A DNA stretch of 64,000 nucleotides from the NCBI GenBank assembly GCA_947581645.1, contig CANPVF010000142.1, positions 5,724-69,723 of the forward strand, read 5' to 3'. Position 1 is the stretch's first letter, and each line of letters starts with the position of its first letter. This stretch comes from Candidatus Caribbeanibacter nitroreducens. GTDB lineage: Bacteria > Gemmatimonadota > Gemmatimonadetes > Palauibacterales > Palauibacteraceae. The position numbers and the translations under genes are program-made. Positions 39,428-47,826 of the stretch are shown piece by piece. The notes below the pieces were generated by a model that saw only the letters and a program-made list of their open reading frames with translations, was not told the DNA's origin and searched no databases.

Positions 39428-40081
39428 TCAGACCAGCGGGGCCTTCCGGGCCTCGCCCTCGGCCAGCTCCCGGGACCCGGTCTCCTCATCGGCGCCGGGC
39501 GGATCCTCGCCCCGGCCCAGCGCCAGGAAGTTCCGGAGGAGAGCGTGCCCGGCCTCGGTGAGCACGGCCTCGGGATGGAACTGGACGCCCCACACGGGGC
39601 GCTCCCGGTGCCGGAGGGCCATGACCTCGCCGGTCCGCACCGCCCGGGCCGTCACCTCCAGGGCGCCGGGGAGGCTCTCCTCCTCGACGACGAGGGAGTG
39701 ATAGCGAACCCCGGCCAGGGGGCTCGGGAGGCCGGCGAAGAGGTCGACACCGGCGTGCTCCATCCGGCTCACCTTGCCGTGCATCGGCCGGTCGGCCCGC
39801 ACGACCGCGGCTCCCAGCGCGTCGGCGATGCACTGGTGGCCGAGGCAGACACCGAGGATCGGGAGGGAGTCGCCGGCGGCCCGGACCAGGTCGTTGGCGA
39901 TCCCGGCCTCGGACGGTGTGCAGGGGCCCGGCGAGACGACGAGGTGCGTGGGGTCCAGGGCCAGCACCTCCCCGGCCTCCGCCGCGTCGTTCCGGATCAC
40001 CCTCACCTCCTCACCCAGCTCCCGGAGGTAGCGGGCGAGGTTGTAGACGAACGAGTCGTAGTTGTCGAGCAGAACGATCAT
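39428..40081 (-). CDS. pabA: Aminodeoxychorismate/anthranilate synthase component II (glutamine amidotransferase)
   Basis: 217 aa. Starts MIVLLDNYDSFVYNLARYL. Contains SPGPCTP, ILGVCLGHQCI, and VQFHPE. Sequence alone does not resolve PabA from TrpG. Confidence 0.93.
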   Translation of the reverse strand: MIVLLDNYDSFVYNLARYLRELGEEVRVIRNDAAEAGEVLALDPTHLVVSPGPCTPSEAGIANDLVRAAGDSLPILGVCLGHQCIADALGAAVVRADRPMHGKVSRMEHAGVDLFAGLPSPLAGVRYHSLVVEEESLPGALEVTARAVRTGEVMALRHRERPVWGVQFHPEAVLTEAGHALLRNFLALGRGEDPPGADEETGSRELAEGEARKAPLV

Positions 40082-40602
40082 GGGGCAGGCAGGCTGCGTC
40101 GGTGGACCGCCGACTGGCCGGGCGATTCCTCGACCTCCACCTCGAGGTCGTCGAGCCCGTCCAGCTCGCCGCGCTCCTCGATGGCGGCGACGATCCGATC
40201 CGCCAGGTGGGAGGCCAGCTCCTCGGCGGTGGTGTTCCGCACCGGCAGGTGCACGACGTCGGAGCTCGGGAAGCGGTACTCCCGCCCGCGGACCGCCACC
40301 TCGACCTCGTCCCGGCTCCGGCGTATCTCGAAGGCCGGGTTCTCCTCGGGCAGGAGGAGCCGATGGTCCAGCTCCGAGAGGAGGTCGGCCACCAGCTCAC
40401 GGAGCCGTACGAAGTCGTACACGTAGGCGTTGCGGTTCAGGGTACCGCCCAGGGCCACCTGCACGCGGTAGTTGTGGCCGTGCAGGTGCTCGCACTCCGA
40501 ACCGCCGTAGGTGATGAAGTGGGCGGCGCTGAAATACAGCGCCTCCTCACCCACGCGCACCCGATACGTCTCGTCCGTCTCCATCTCGTAGTGGCCTTCC
40601 AT
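40078..40602 (-). CDS. 6-pyruvoyl-tetrahydropterin / 6-carboxy-tetrahydropterin synthase family protein
   Basis: ATG at 40602. Contains FSAAHFITYGGSECEHLHGHNYRVQVAL (CxxxHGH) and LDHRLLLP. The stop overlaps the pabA start (ATGA). Confidence 0.85.
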   Translation of the reverse strand: MEGHYEMETDETYRVRVGEEALYFSAAHFITYGGSECEHLHGHNYRVQVALGGTLNRNAYVYDFVRLRELVADLLSELDHRLLLPEENPAFEIRRSRDEVEVAVRGREYRFPSSDVVHLPVRNTTAEELASHLADRIVAAIEERGELDGLDDLEVEVEESPGQSAVHRRSLPAP

Positions 40603-40777
40603 TTGCGTCCAACGTGCCGGACGGCGCCGCCCCCGTCCACTGCGGCTCGTCCGGCCTGGCGAAGAGCGTCGTGCCCGGAGGGAAATGCAAGGCGGAGGCC
40701 GGCGCACCGATGGCCGTCCGAATCGACTGTCAGCCGACGCTGTATAAGCAGGGGCCGATCAGCGACCAGAACGATCC

Positions 40778-40797
40778 GGAAGGCTGATCAGCCTTCC
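40778..40797. repeat. Perfect 20-bp palindrome in a divergent intergenic region; function unknown
   Basis: ggaaggctgatcagccttcc equals its own reverse complement, with a GATC centre. It lies 59 nt upstream of the thpR GTG. Confidence 0.9.
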
Positions 40798-40855
40798 CGT
40801 CACCGGCCGGACGCCGGGCCGAGTCCGTCGACCGAACCACCGAAGGAAGGGGACC

Positions 40856-41419
40856 GTGCGGCTCTTCATCGCAATCAGCTTTCCCCAGAGTCTGCGCCAG
40901 CGAATGGTCGAGGCAACCGAACCGCTCCGGGAGCAGGGGTTTCCGGTGCGGTGGATCGACCCCGACCAGCTCCACCTCACGCTCAAGTTCCTGGGCGACG
41001 TCAAGCGGGAGCGACTCGACGACGTCCGGGGAGTCATGGACGAGGTGGGGTCGGACTTCCGCCCGTTCGAGGTGGGGTTCGAGCGCGTGGGGGCCTTCCC
41101 GTCGCTCCGGAGTCCCCGGGTCATCTGGCTCGGCGTCGAGGCCACCATGGAGATGCGGGCGGTGAAGCACGACCTGGAGCACGGTCTGGTGGACATGGGA
41201 TTCGAGCGCGAGACCCGCGCGTTCCAACCTCACGTCACCCTGGCCCGGGCCGACCAGGACGCCGACGCGGGCGACTTCCGGAAGCTGGAATCGCTCTCCC
41301 GGGATGTGGAGATGGACGAGACGCACCGCGTGGCGCAGATCGACCTCATCCAGAGTCACCTGAGGTCGTCCGGAGCCGAGTACGAGCGCATTCACGGCTC
41401 GCGCCTCACGGCGGAGTGA
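40856..41419 (+). CDS. thpR: RNA 2',3'-cyclic phosphodiesterase (2H family, ThpR/LigT)
   Basis: 187 aa. Starts MRLFIAISFP and has two HxTx motifs, LHLTLKFLG and PHVTLAR. Confidence 0.88.
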   Translation: MRLFIAISFPQSLRQRMVEATEPLREQGFPVRWIDPDQLHLTLKFLGDVKRERLDDVRGVMDEVGSDFRPFEVGFERVGAFPSLRSPRVIWLGVEATMEMRAVKHDLEHGLVDMGFERETRAFQPHVTLARADQDADAGDFRKLESLSRDVEMDETHRVAQIDLIQSHLRSSGAEYERIHGSRLTAE

Positions 41420-41423
41420 AACC

Positions 41424-42077
41424 ATGATTCGCGGCTGGCGGCTCACGATCGTGCTCCTCGTCGTTCTCGTGGGGGGCAGCTTCCTCGTTCCCGGTGCCGG
41501 CGGGTCCCCGGACGGCCTGGGCGTCCCGGCTCTCCTCTTTCCGGAGGGCGGGGCCGGCGCAGCGGCCGCCGGCGACGCGGCCGCCCGGGCCGAACGGCGT
41601 CTCGACGAGTTCCTCTCCGGGAACAGCCCGGGGGACTCCCTGGTGCTGGACGAGGAAGAGGTGGGGGCGGTCGTCCGCGAGCGACTCCGCGAGCGACTGC
41701 CGGCCGGCGTCTCGGACCTCCGGGTGGAGCTGCGCGGCCCCACGGCGGCCGTCTCCGCGAAGATCCGTTTCGGGGAGCTGGAGACGGGCGGACAGGCGTC
41801 CGGGAGGCTGAGCCAGTTCCTGGGCGACTCCGCGCGGGTCGAGCTGGAGCTGGAGCCCTCCGTGCCGACACCCGGCAGCGGGCGCTTCACGCTCCTGGGG
41901 CTCAGGGCCGGCGGCCTCACCCTGCCCTCGCGCGTTCTCCCCTTCATGCTCTCCCGGCTCGGGGTGCAGTCGCAGGGCGAGGAGCAGCCGGCCGTGACGT
42001 TTCCGATCCCCCGGGCGGTCGCCGCCATCGAGGTGGGAGACGGGCGGCTCGTGCTCTCCCGCTCCGGCGGGGGATGA
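41424..42077 (+). CDS. Hypothetical N-terminally anchored protein
   Basis: The ATG lies 4 nt after the thpR stop. TM segment is WRLTIVLLVVLVGGSFLV. GC3 is high. No family was recognised. Confidence 0.5.
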   Translation: MIRGWRLTIVLLVVLVGGSFLVPGAGGSPDGLGVPALLFPEGGAGAAAAGDAAARAERRLDEFLSGNSPGDSLVLDEEEVGAVVRERLRERLPAGVSDLRVELRGPTAAVSAKIRFGELETGGQASGRLSQFLGDSARVELELEPSVPTPGSGRFTLLGLRAGGLTLPSRVLPFMLSRLGVQSQGEEQPAVTFPIPRAVAAIEVGDGRLVLSRSGGG

Positions 42078-42170
42078 CCGCGCCGGGTCCCGAACGACAC
42101 CCGACCGACGCAGAGACTCGTGCACTGATCTACCGTCCCGTCCACGGACGGACCCACACGACAGGAGGCG

Positions 42171-43667
42171 ATGCCCATGGCTGAGCGGTTCCGCAATCAC
42201 ATCGACGGTGAGTGGCGGGAGCCGGAGTCCGGCGAGTACTTCGAGAGCCGGAACCCGGCGCGACTCGGGGACGTCATCGGCGAGTTCCCGGTCTCCGGCC
42301 CCGCGGACGTGGACCGGGCGGTGGAGTCGGCGGCCCGGGGCTTCGAGAAGTGGAGCCAGGTGCCGGCTCCCGAGCGGGGCCTGATCATCCAGCGGGCCGG
42401 GAACATCCTCCGGGATCGCAAGGACGAGATCGCCAGGGAGATGACCCGGGAGATGGGCAAGGTCCTGGAGGAGACCCGGGGCGACGTGCAGGAGGCCATC
42501 GACACGGCCGACTACGCCGCGGGCGAGGGACGCCGCCTCTTCGGACGGACCACGCCCTCGGAGCTCCCGGACAAGTGGGCGATGAGCTACCGCCGTCCCA
42601 TCGGGGTCGCCGGCCTCATCACGCCCTTCAACTTCCCGGTGGCCATCCCCAGCTGGAAGATCTTCCCGGCCCTGGTCTGCGGGAACTCCGTCGTCTTCAA
42701 GCCCGCCGAGGACGTCCCGCACTGCGGACATCTCTTCGTGGAGGTCCTGCTGGAGGCCGGGGTCCCGGAGGAGTGCGTCCAGCTGGTCCACGGCGGCGAG
42801 GAGGCCGGCCGGTCCATCGTCGAGCATCCGGACGTCCCCCTGGTCTCCTTCACCGGATCCACCGAGACCGGGAGCAGGATCGCGGAGACGTGCGGCCGGA
42901 TGAACAAGCGCCTCTCCCTGGAGATGGGAGGGAAGAACGCGCAGGCGGTGATGCCGGACGCCGACGTCGACCTGGCCATGGACGGCGTCGTCTGGGGCGG
43001 CTTCGGGACCACGGGCCAGCGGTGCACGGCCACCAGCCGCCTTCTCCTCCAGCGGGAGATCCACGACGAGTTCGTGGACCGACTGGTGGAGGAGGCCGGC
43101 GAGCTGGAGCTCGGTGACGGCCTGGACGAGAGCGTCGACGTCGGGCCGCTGATCAACCAGCAGGCCATGGACAAGGTGAGCCGATACATGGAGATCGCCC
43201 GGGACGAGGGGGCGGAGTTCGCCTGCGGCGGGGAGCCCGCCACCGGCGGCGAGCTGGACGACGGCCACTTCTTCCAGCCCACGGTACTCACCGGCGTCGA
43301 GCCCGACATGCGGGTGGCCCGCGAGGAGATCTTCGGGCCGGTGGTCTCCGTGATCCCCTTCGACGACCTGGACGAGGCCATCGCGATCAACAACGCCGTG
43401 GAGTACGGCCTCTCCTCCGCCATCTACACCGAGGACGTGCGGAGCGCCTACCGGGCCATCGAGGAGATGGACACGGGGATCACGTACGTGAACGCTCCGA
43501 CGATCGGCGCGGAGGTCCACCTGCCCTTCGGCGGCATGAAGAACACCGGGAACGGACACCGCGAGGGCGGGTGGGAAGTGTACGAGTTCTACACGGAGAC
43601 CAAGGTGGGCTACGTGGACTACAGCGGCCGGCTCCAGCGGGCACAGATCGACGTCGACTGGGAGTGA
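42171..43667 (+). CDS. NAD(P)-dependent aldehyde dehydrogenase family protein
   Basis: 498 aa. Contains FNFPVAIPSWKIFPALVCGNSVVFKPAE, LEMGGKNA, GQRCTA, and EEIFGPV. Confidence 0.93.
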   Translation: MPMAERFRNHIDGEWREPESGEYFESRNPARLGDVIGEFPVSGPADVDRAVESAARGFEKWSQVPAPERGLIIQRAGNILRDRKDEIAREMTREMGKVLEETRGDVQEAIDTADYAAGEGRRLFGRTTPSELPDKWAMSYRRPIGVAGLITPFNFPVAIPSWKIFPALVCGNSVVFKPAEDVPHCGHLFVEVLLEAGVPEECVQLVHGGEEAGRSIVEHPDVPLVSFTGSTETGSRIAETCGRMNKRLSLEMGGKNAQAVMPDADVDLAMDGVVWGGFGTTGQRCTATSRLLLQREIHDEFVDRLVEEAGELELGDGLDESVDVGPLINQQAMDKVSRYMEIARDEGAEFACGGEPATGGELDDGHFFQPTVLTGVEPDMRVAREEIFGPVVSVIPFDDLDEAIAINNAVEYGLSSAIYTEDVRSAYRAIEEMDTGITYVNAPTIGAEVHLPFGGMKNTGNGHREGGWEVYEFYTETKVGYVDYSGRLQRAQIDVDWE

Positions 43668-43800
43668 GAGCGGGCGTCTCCCGGTCCCGTGAGGGGTCGA
43701 TGATCGGAGGCGCTACGCTCTCCAGTCCCGACCGGGACGGCACCCGGCGGGGAGGCCCCGCTCCCGTCCGGGGGCTCCATCCTCGAACCACGGCGGACAG

Positions 43801-44544
43801 ATGAGCGAGCGAAGCACGAGTCGAGACGACGCGCAGGGCGAGATGAGCCTGGGGCGCTGGGCCTGGGAGTGGACGAAGTCCCTGGCGGTGGCGTTCGTCC
43901 TCTATTTCGTCCTCAAGATCTTCGTGATCGCGGCCTTCCAGATCCCCACCGGCTCCATGGAGGACACCCTGCTGGTCGGGGACTACCTGCTGGTCAACAA
44001 GGCCGTCTACGGCGCGGAGATCCCGGCCACCGACATCCACATGCCGAGCTTCGACCGGCCGGAGTTCGGGGAGATCGTGGTCTTCGAGCCGCCTCCCGCG
44101 GCGGGTCAGCCGTCGGGGACGAACTACGTGAAGCGCGTCGTCGGGCTCCCCGGCGACACGCTGGCCATGCGGGACGGCCAGATGTACCGGAACGGGGAGC
44201 GGGTCCGGGAGCCGTACGCGCAGCACTCGCGGCCGGAGACGGACCCCGGCAGCCCGTCCTTCTCCTGGCAGCGCGCCCATCTCGTCGGCGACTCGGCCCG
44301 GTCCGGCGAGTACCGCCCGACCCGGGACAACTGGGGCCCGCTGCGGGTGCCGGACGGAAACTACTTCGTGATGGGGGACAACCGGGACAATTCGGAGGAC
44401 TCCCGGTACTGGGGGTTCGTGCCGTGGGAATCGATCCAGGGCGACCCCCTCTTCATCTACTACTCGTACGACCGCGAGCGGATGGTGCCGTTTCCGTGGA
44501 TCACGGAGATCCGGTGGGGGAGGCTGTTCGCGGGCATCCACTGA
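43801..44544 (+). CDS. lepB: Signal peptidase I
   Basis: 247 aa. Contains IPTGSMEDTLLVGDYLLVNK, YVKRVVGLPGDTL, and GDNRDNSEDSRYWGFVP. Confidence 0.92.
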   Translation: MSERSTSRDDAQGEMSLGRWAWEWTKSLAVAFVLYFVLKIFVIAAFQIPTGSMEDTLLVGDYLLVNKAVYGAEIPATDIHMPSFDRPEFGEIVVFEPPPAAGQPSGTNYVKRVVGLPGDTLAMRDGQMYRNGERVREPYAQHSRPETDPGSPSFSWQRAHLVGDSARSGEYRPTRDNWGPLRVPDGNYFVMGDNRDNSEDSRYWGFVPWESIQGDPLFIYYSYDRERMVPFPWITEIRWGRLFAGIH

Positions 44545-44605
44545 ACGCCAGGACCGGGGAGGGATCCGGCCCGGCGGCCGGGCGTCCCGGGAGGAGGGGG
44601 GACGG

Positions 44606-45331
44606 ATGAGCGGCGGTAGCGGGGGAACTCCGGAGCAGAGCCTGGCCCTCTATCTGAGGGAGATCGGTCGGCGCACCGTTCCCACGCGGGACGAGGAGGC
44701 ACGGCTCGCCCGGCGCATCCACGACGGAGACGAGGAGGCGCTGGAGGAGCTGGTGAGCCGGAATCTCCGGTTCGTCGTCTCGGTGGCCCGCCGGTACCGG
44801 GGACGCGGGCTGTCGCTGTCCGACCTGGTCAACGAAGGCAACATGGGCATGATCCGGGCGGCCCGGCGCTTCGACGGCGAGCGCGGCGTCCGGTTCGTCA
44901 CCTACGCGGCGTGGTGGATCCGGCAGTCGATCCTGGAGGCGCTGTCCCGGCAGAGCGGCGCGGCCAGAGCGCCGCGGCCGTCGGAGACGGCGCTGCGGCC
45001 GGGGGCCCGCCTCTCCCTGGACGCTGACGAGCCCGGAGGCGGTTCCCTGGCGGAGCGGACTCCTGATCCCGGGGCCGAGGCGCCGGACGCCCCGGTTCAT
45101 CGGCGCGCCCTGGAGCGTGCCGTCGCGCGGAGCCTGGCGTCGCTCCCGGAGCGGGAGGCCGAGGTCCTGCGCCTCCGCTTCGGCCTCGGAGGCAGCGAGC
45201 CCCGGACCCTGGGCGAGATCGCCGAGCGGCTCTCCGTCTCCCGGACACGGGTCCGGCAGCTCCGGGATCAGGCCCTGCGCAGACTCCGCTCGGGAAGCGC
45301 GGGCATGGTTCTCGCAACCTTCTTCGACTGA
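44606..45331 (+). CDS. Sigma-70-family RNA polymerase sigma factor (compact, RpoD-like regions 2 and 4)
   Basis: 241 aa. Contains LYLREIGR..TRDEEARLARRI, NLRFVVSVARRY, LVNEGNMGMIRAARRFD, FVTYAAWWIRQSI, and LPEREAEVLRLRFGL..TLGEIAERLSVSRTRVRQL. Confidence 0.9.
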   Translation: MSGGSGGTPEQSLALYLREIGRRTVPTRDEEARLARRIHDGDEEALEELVSRNLRFVVSVARRYRGRGLSLSDLVNEGNMGMIRAARRFDGERGVRFVTYAAWWIRQSILEALSRQSGAARAPRPSETALRPGARLSLDADEPGGGSLAERTPDPGAEAPDAPVHRRALERAVARSLASLPEREAEVLRLRFGLGGSEPRTLGEIAERLSVSRTRVRQLRDQALRRLRSGSAGMVLATFFD

Positions 45332-45433
45332 CGCCGCGAGGGGTTCCCGACCGTCCTGCACGGCTGCCGGGAGGACGGCACCGTGACGGCGACGGACGGG
45401 ACGCGGCGAGGCTGTTCTGCGCGGCCTATTTTG

Positions 45434-45462
45434 TTGACAGCCGGGTGGAGCCCGGGTAAGTT
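45434..45462 (+). promoter_or_regulatory. Candidate promoter of rplM-rpsI
   Basis: TTGACA-N17-TAAGTT, about 135 nt upstream of the rplM ATG. Confidence 0.45.
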
Positions 45463-45597
45463 GCCCGGCTCCAGAGAGCGTACTCCAACTGCCCGCACGG
45501 CGGGCGGTTCCTCGCTTCGGCGTCGGCTCCGCTGGACTCCCCCCGGATCCTGCATGGAGTCGACGCCGTTCGCACGACTGAGAGCCCTGAGTCCAGC

Positions 45598-46026
45598 ATG
45601 AAGACGTATACGGTCAAGCAGGACGACATCGAGCGCGAGTGGTGGGTCGTGGATGCCCGCGACCAGGTACTCGGGCGCCTCGCGAGCAAGGTGGCCCGGG
45701 TCCTGCGTGGCAAGCACAAGCCCATCTACTCCGACCACCTGGACGTCGGCGACCACGTGATCGTGGTCAACGCCGGAGAGGTCCGGGTGACCGGGGGCAA
45801 GGAGACGTACAAGACGTATTTCCGCCACAGCGGTTTCATGGGCGGAGACAAGCACATCACGCTCGAGCGGATGCGGGAAGAGCATCCGGAGCGGCTGGTG
45901 GAGCTGGCCGTGAAGGGCATGATGCCCAAGACGAACCTGGGCCGGAAGATGCGCCGGAAGCTCAAGGTGTACGAGGGACCGGAGCATCCGCACGAGGCCC
46001 AGCAGCCCAAGCCGCTCGAGCTGTAA
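45598..46026 (+). CDS. rplM: 50S ribosomal protein L13
   Basis: 142 aa. Starts [42 protein letters not shown]. Confidence 0.96.
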   Translation: MKTYTVKQDDIEREWWVVDARDQVLGRLASKVARVLRGKHKPIYSDHLDVGDHVIVVNAGEVRVTGGKETYKTYFRHSGFMGGDKHITLERMREEHPERLVELAVKGMMPKTNLGRKMRRKLKVYEGPEHPHEAQQPKPLEL

Positions 46027-46048
46027 CAGAACCAGGGGAAGCATCGTC

Positions 46049-46444
46049 GTGGAGGACACGGAGAGCATTCAGACGGTCGGACGCCGGAAGGAAGCGGTCG
46101 CCCGGGTGATCATGAGGTCGGGCGACGGCGAGTGGGAGGTCAACGGTCAGGCGGTGAGCGATCACTTCCCGCTCCTCCGGCACCAGCAGGCCATCGAGCG
46201 TCCCCTCAAGGTGGTCGAGAGCGAGGGGATCTACGACATCCAGCTCAACGTCAACGGCGGCGGCCTGACGGGTCAGGCGGAGGCGGCCCAGCTGGGCATC
46301 GCCCGGGCCCTGGTCGAAGCCGACGAGGACAACCGGAAGCCGCTTCGCGACGAGGGGCTCCTGACGCGGGACCCGCGTACCGTGGAGCGCAAGAAGCCGG
46401 GCCAGCCCAAGGCACGGAAGAAGTCTCAGTTCTCGAAGCGCTGA
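46049..46444 (+). CDS. rpsI: 30S ribosomal protein S9
   Basis: 131 aa. Contains GRRKEAVARV, GGGLTGQAEA, and the C-terminus ARKKSQFSKR. Confidence 0.96.
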   Translation: MEDTESIQTVGRRKEAVARVIMRSGDGEWEVNGQAVSDHFPLLRHQQAIERPLKVVESEGIYDIQLNVNGGGLTGQAEAAQLGIARALVEADEDNRKPLRDEGLLTRDPRTVERKKPGQPKARKKSQFSKR

Positions 46445-46532
46445 TCAGACACGGTCGCCGAGGCGGGACGCGAGCTCGACCCCGCGACGCGAGAGAGAAC
46501 GATCACCGAAATATCAGGGAAGCGAACGCTGC

Positions 46533-47576
46533 ATGGCTGACGTAGGCCTCAAAGACTTGCTCCAGGCGGGGGTCCACTTCGGGCACCAGACCCACCGGTG
46601 GAACCCGAAGATGCGGAAGTACATCTTCGCGGAGCGGGGCGGCATCTATCTGATCGACCTCCAGAAGACCCTCCAGAAGCTGCAGGAGGCCCGGGAGGTC
46701 ATCCAGGAGAAGATCGACCAGGGCGAGTCCGTCCTCTTCGTCTGCACGAAGCCCCAGCTCGCCGACCTGGTCCGCAAGGAGGCGGAGCGCTGCGACTCCT
46801 TCCACGTCACGGAGCGCTGGGTGGGCGGGATGCTCACCAACTGGCAGACCATCAGCGGCAACATCGACCGGCTCAAGGAGCTGGAGCGCGGCCTGGAGGA
46901 GGGCGCCTACGACCACTACACGAAGAAGGAGCAGCTCCTCCTGGACCGCGAGCGCCAGAAGCTCGAGCGCTATCTCGCGGGCATCAAGCAGATGAACGAC
47001 CTCCCGGGCGTCGTCTACATCGTCGACGCCAAGAAGGAGGAGATCGCCGTGAAGGAGGCCAACCGCCTGGATATCCCGGTGGTGGCCATCGCCGACACCA
47101 ACGCGGACCCGGACATGATCGACGTGCCCATTCCGGGCAACGACGACGCGATCAGCTCCGTGTCCGTCATCACGAAGGCCATCGCCGACACGGTGCAGGC
47201 CGCCCGGGGCGAGGCCCCGGCCGCGGCGACCGCCGAGGGCGAGGTCTACACCTACTCCTCGGACGCGGGTCAGACCACGGAGACCGCGGGCGCCGACGAG
47301 GAGCGGTCGCGGCCGAAGCGGAAGCCGCGCCCCGAGGTGATCGCCCAGCGGCGCCAGGAGGCCGAGCAGGCCGGCGAAGGCGAGGCGATCGACGCCGAGG
47401 CCGCCGAGGCGGAGGCCGAGCTGGACGCCGAGCCCACCACCGAGGCCCCGGACGAGGCCCCGGCGGGCGAGGCCAGCGACGAGCCCGAGGCCGCCGCCGG
47501 CGACGAGGGCGACGGGGAAGCCGCCGACGAGGGCGGGCAGGAAGAGGAGGAGAAGGAGGAAGTGGCCTCCTCCTAG
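46533..47576 (+). CDS. rpsB: 30S ribosomal protein S2 with an acidic C-terminal extension of about 110 aa
   Basis: 347 aa. Starts LLQAGVHFGHQTHRWNPKMRKYIFAERGGIYLIDLQKT. The tail from about aa 236 is Ala/Glu/Asp-rich. Confidence 0.96.
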   Translation: MADVGLKDLLQAGVHFGHQTHRWNPKMRKYIFAERGGIYLIDLQKTLQKLQEAREVIQEKIDQGESVLFVCTKPQLADLVRKEAERCDSFHVTERWVGGMLTNWQTISGNIDRLKELERGLEEGAYDHYTKKEQLLLDRERQKLERYLAGIKQMNDLPGVVYIVDAKKEEIAVKEANRLDIPVVAIADTNADPDMIDVPIPGNDDAISSVSVITKAIADTVQAARGEAPAAATAEGEVYTYSSDAGQTTETAGADEERSRPKRKPRPEVIAQRRQEAEQAGEGEAIDAEAAEAEAELDAEPTTEAPDEAPAGEASDEPEAAAGDEGDGEAADEGGQEEEEKEEVASS

Positions 47577-47675
47577 ACCCCGAACGGCGGGGGACGGCGG
47601 GCCGTCGCGGAAGGCCCTTTCCGGGAGGCCCGCGGGGCCGGACCCGGAGAACGCTCCGCACGGATCGGCGGGGCG

Positions 47676-47704
47676 GGCCGGCCTTTCGGCTGGCCTTTTT
47701 TTTT
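47676..47704 (+). terminator. Intrinsic terminator/attenuator between rpsB and tsf
   Basis: The stem ggccggcc / ggctggcc is 8 bp with one G-U pair, the loop is tttc, and it is followed by T9 (47696-47704). That T run is striking in this GC-rich DNA. Confidence 0.75.
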
Positions 47705-47826
47705 GGCCGGACCCGCGTCTACCGGATCCCGAACCCGGGCAGCCGGCGGACGGGGGATTCCCCGGACGCGACACGCGAGACACCTGAAGACAGACGAGAG
47801 CGGACACAGACACCAGAGAGAAGACC

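Noticed and set aside
40603-40740. A possible THF or preQ1 riboswitch in the roughly 150-250-nt region upstream of the PTPS-family gene (minus strand).
   Set aside because: I read the reverse complement and found only generic GC hairpins (for example ccggacg..cgtccgg). No conserved core of either riboswitch class was recognisable. A covariance-model scan would be needed to be sure.
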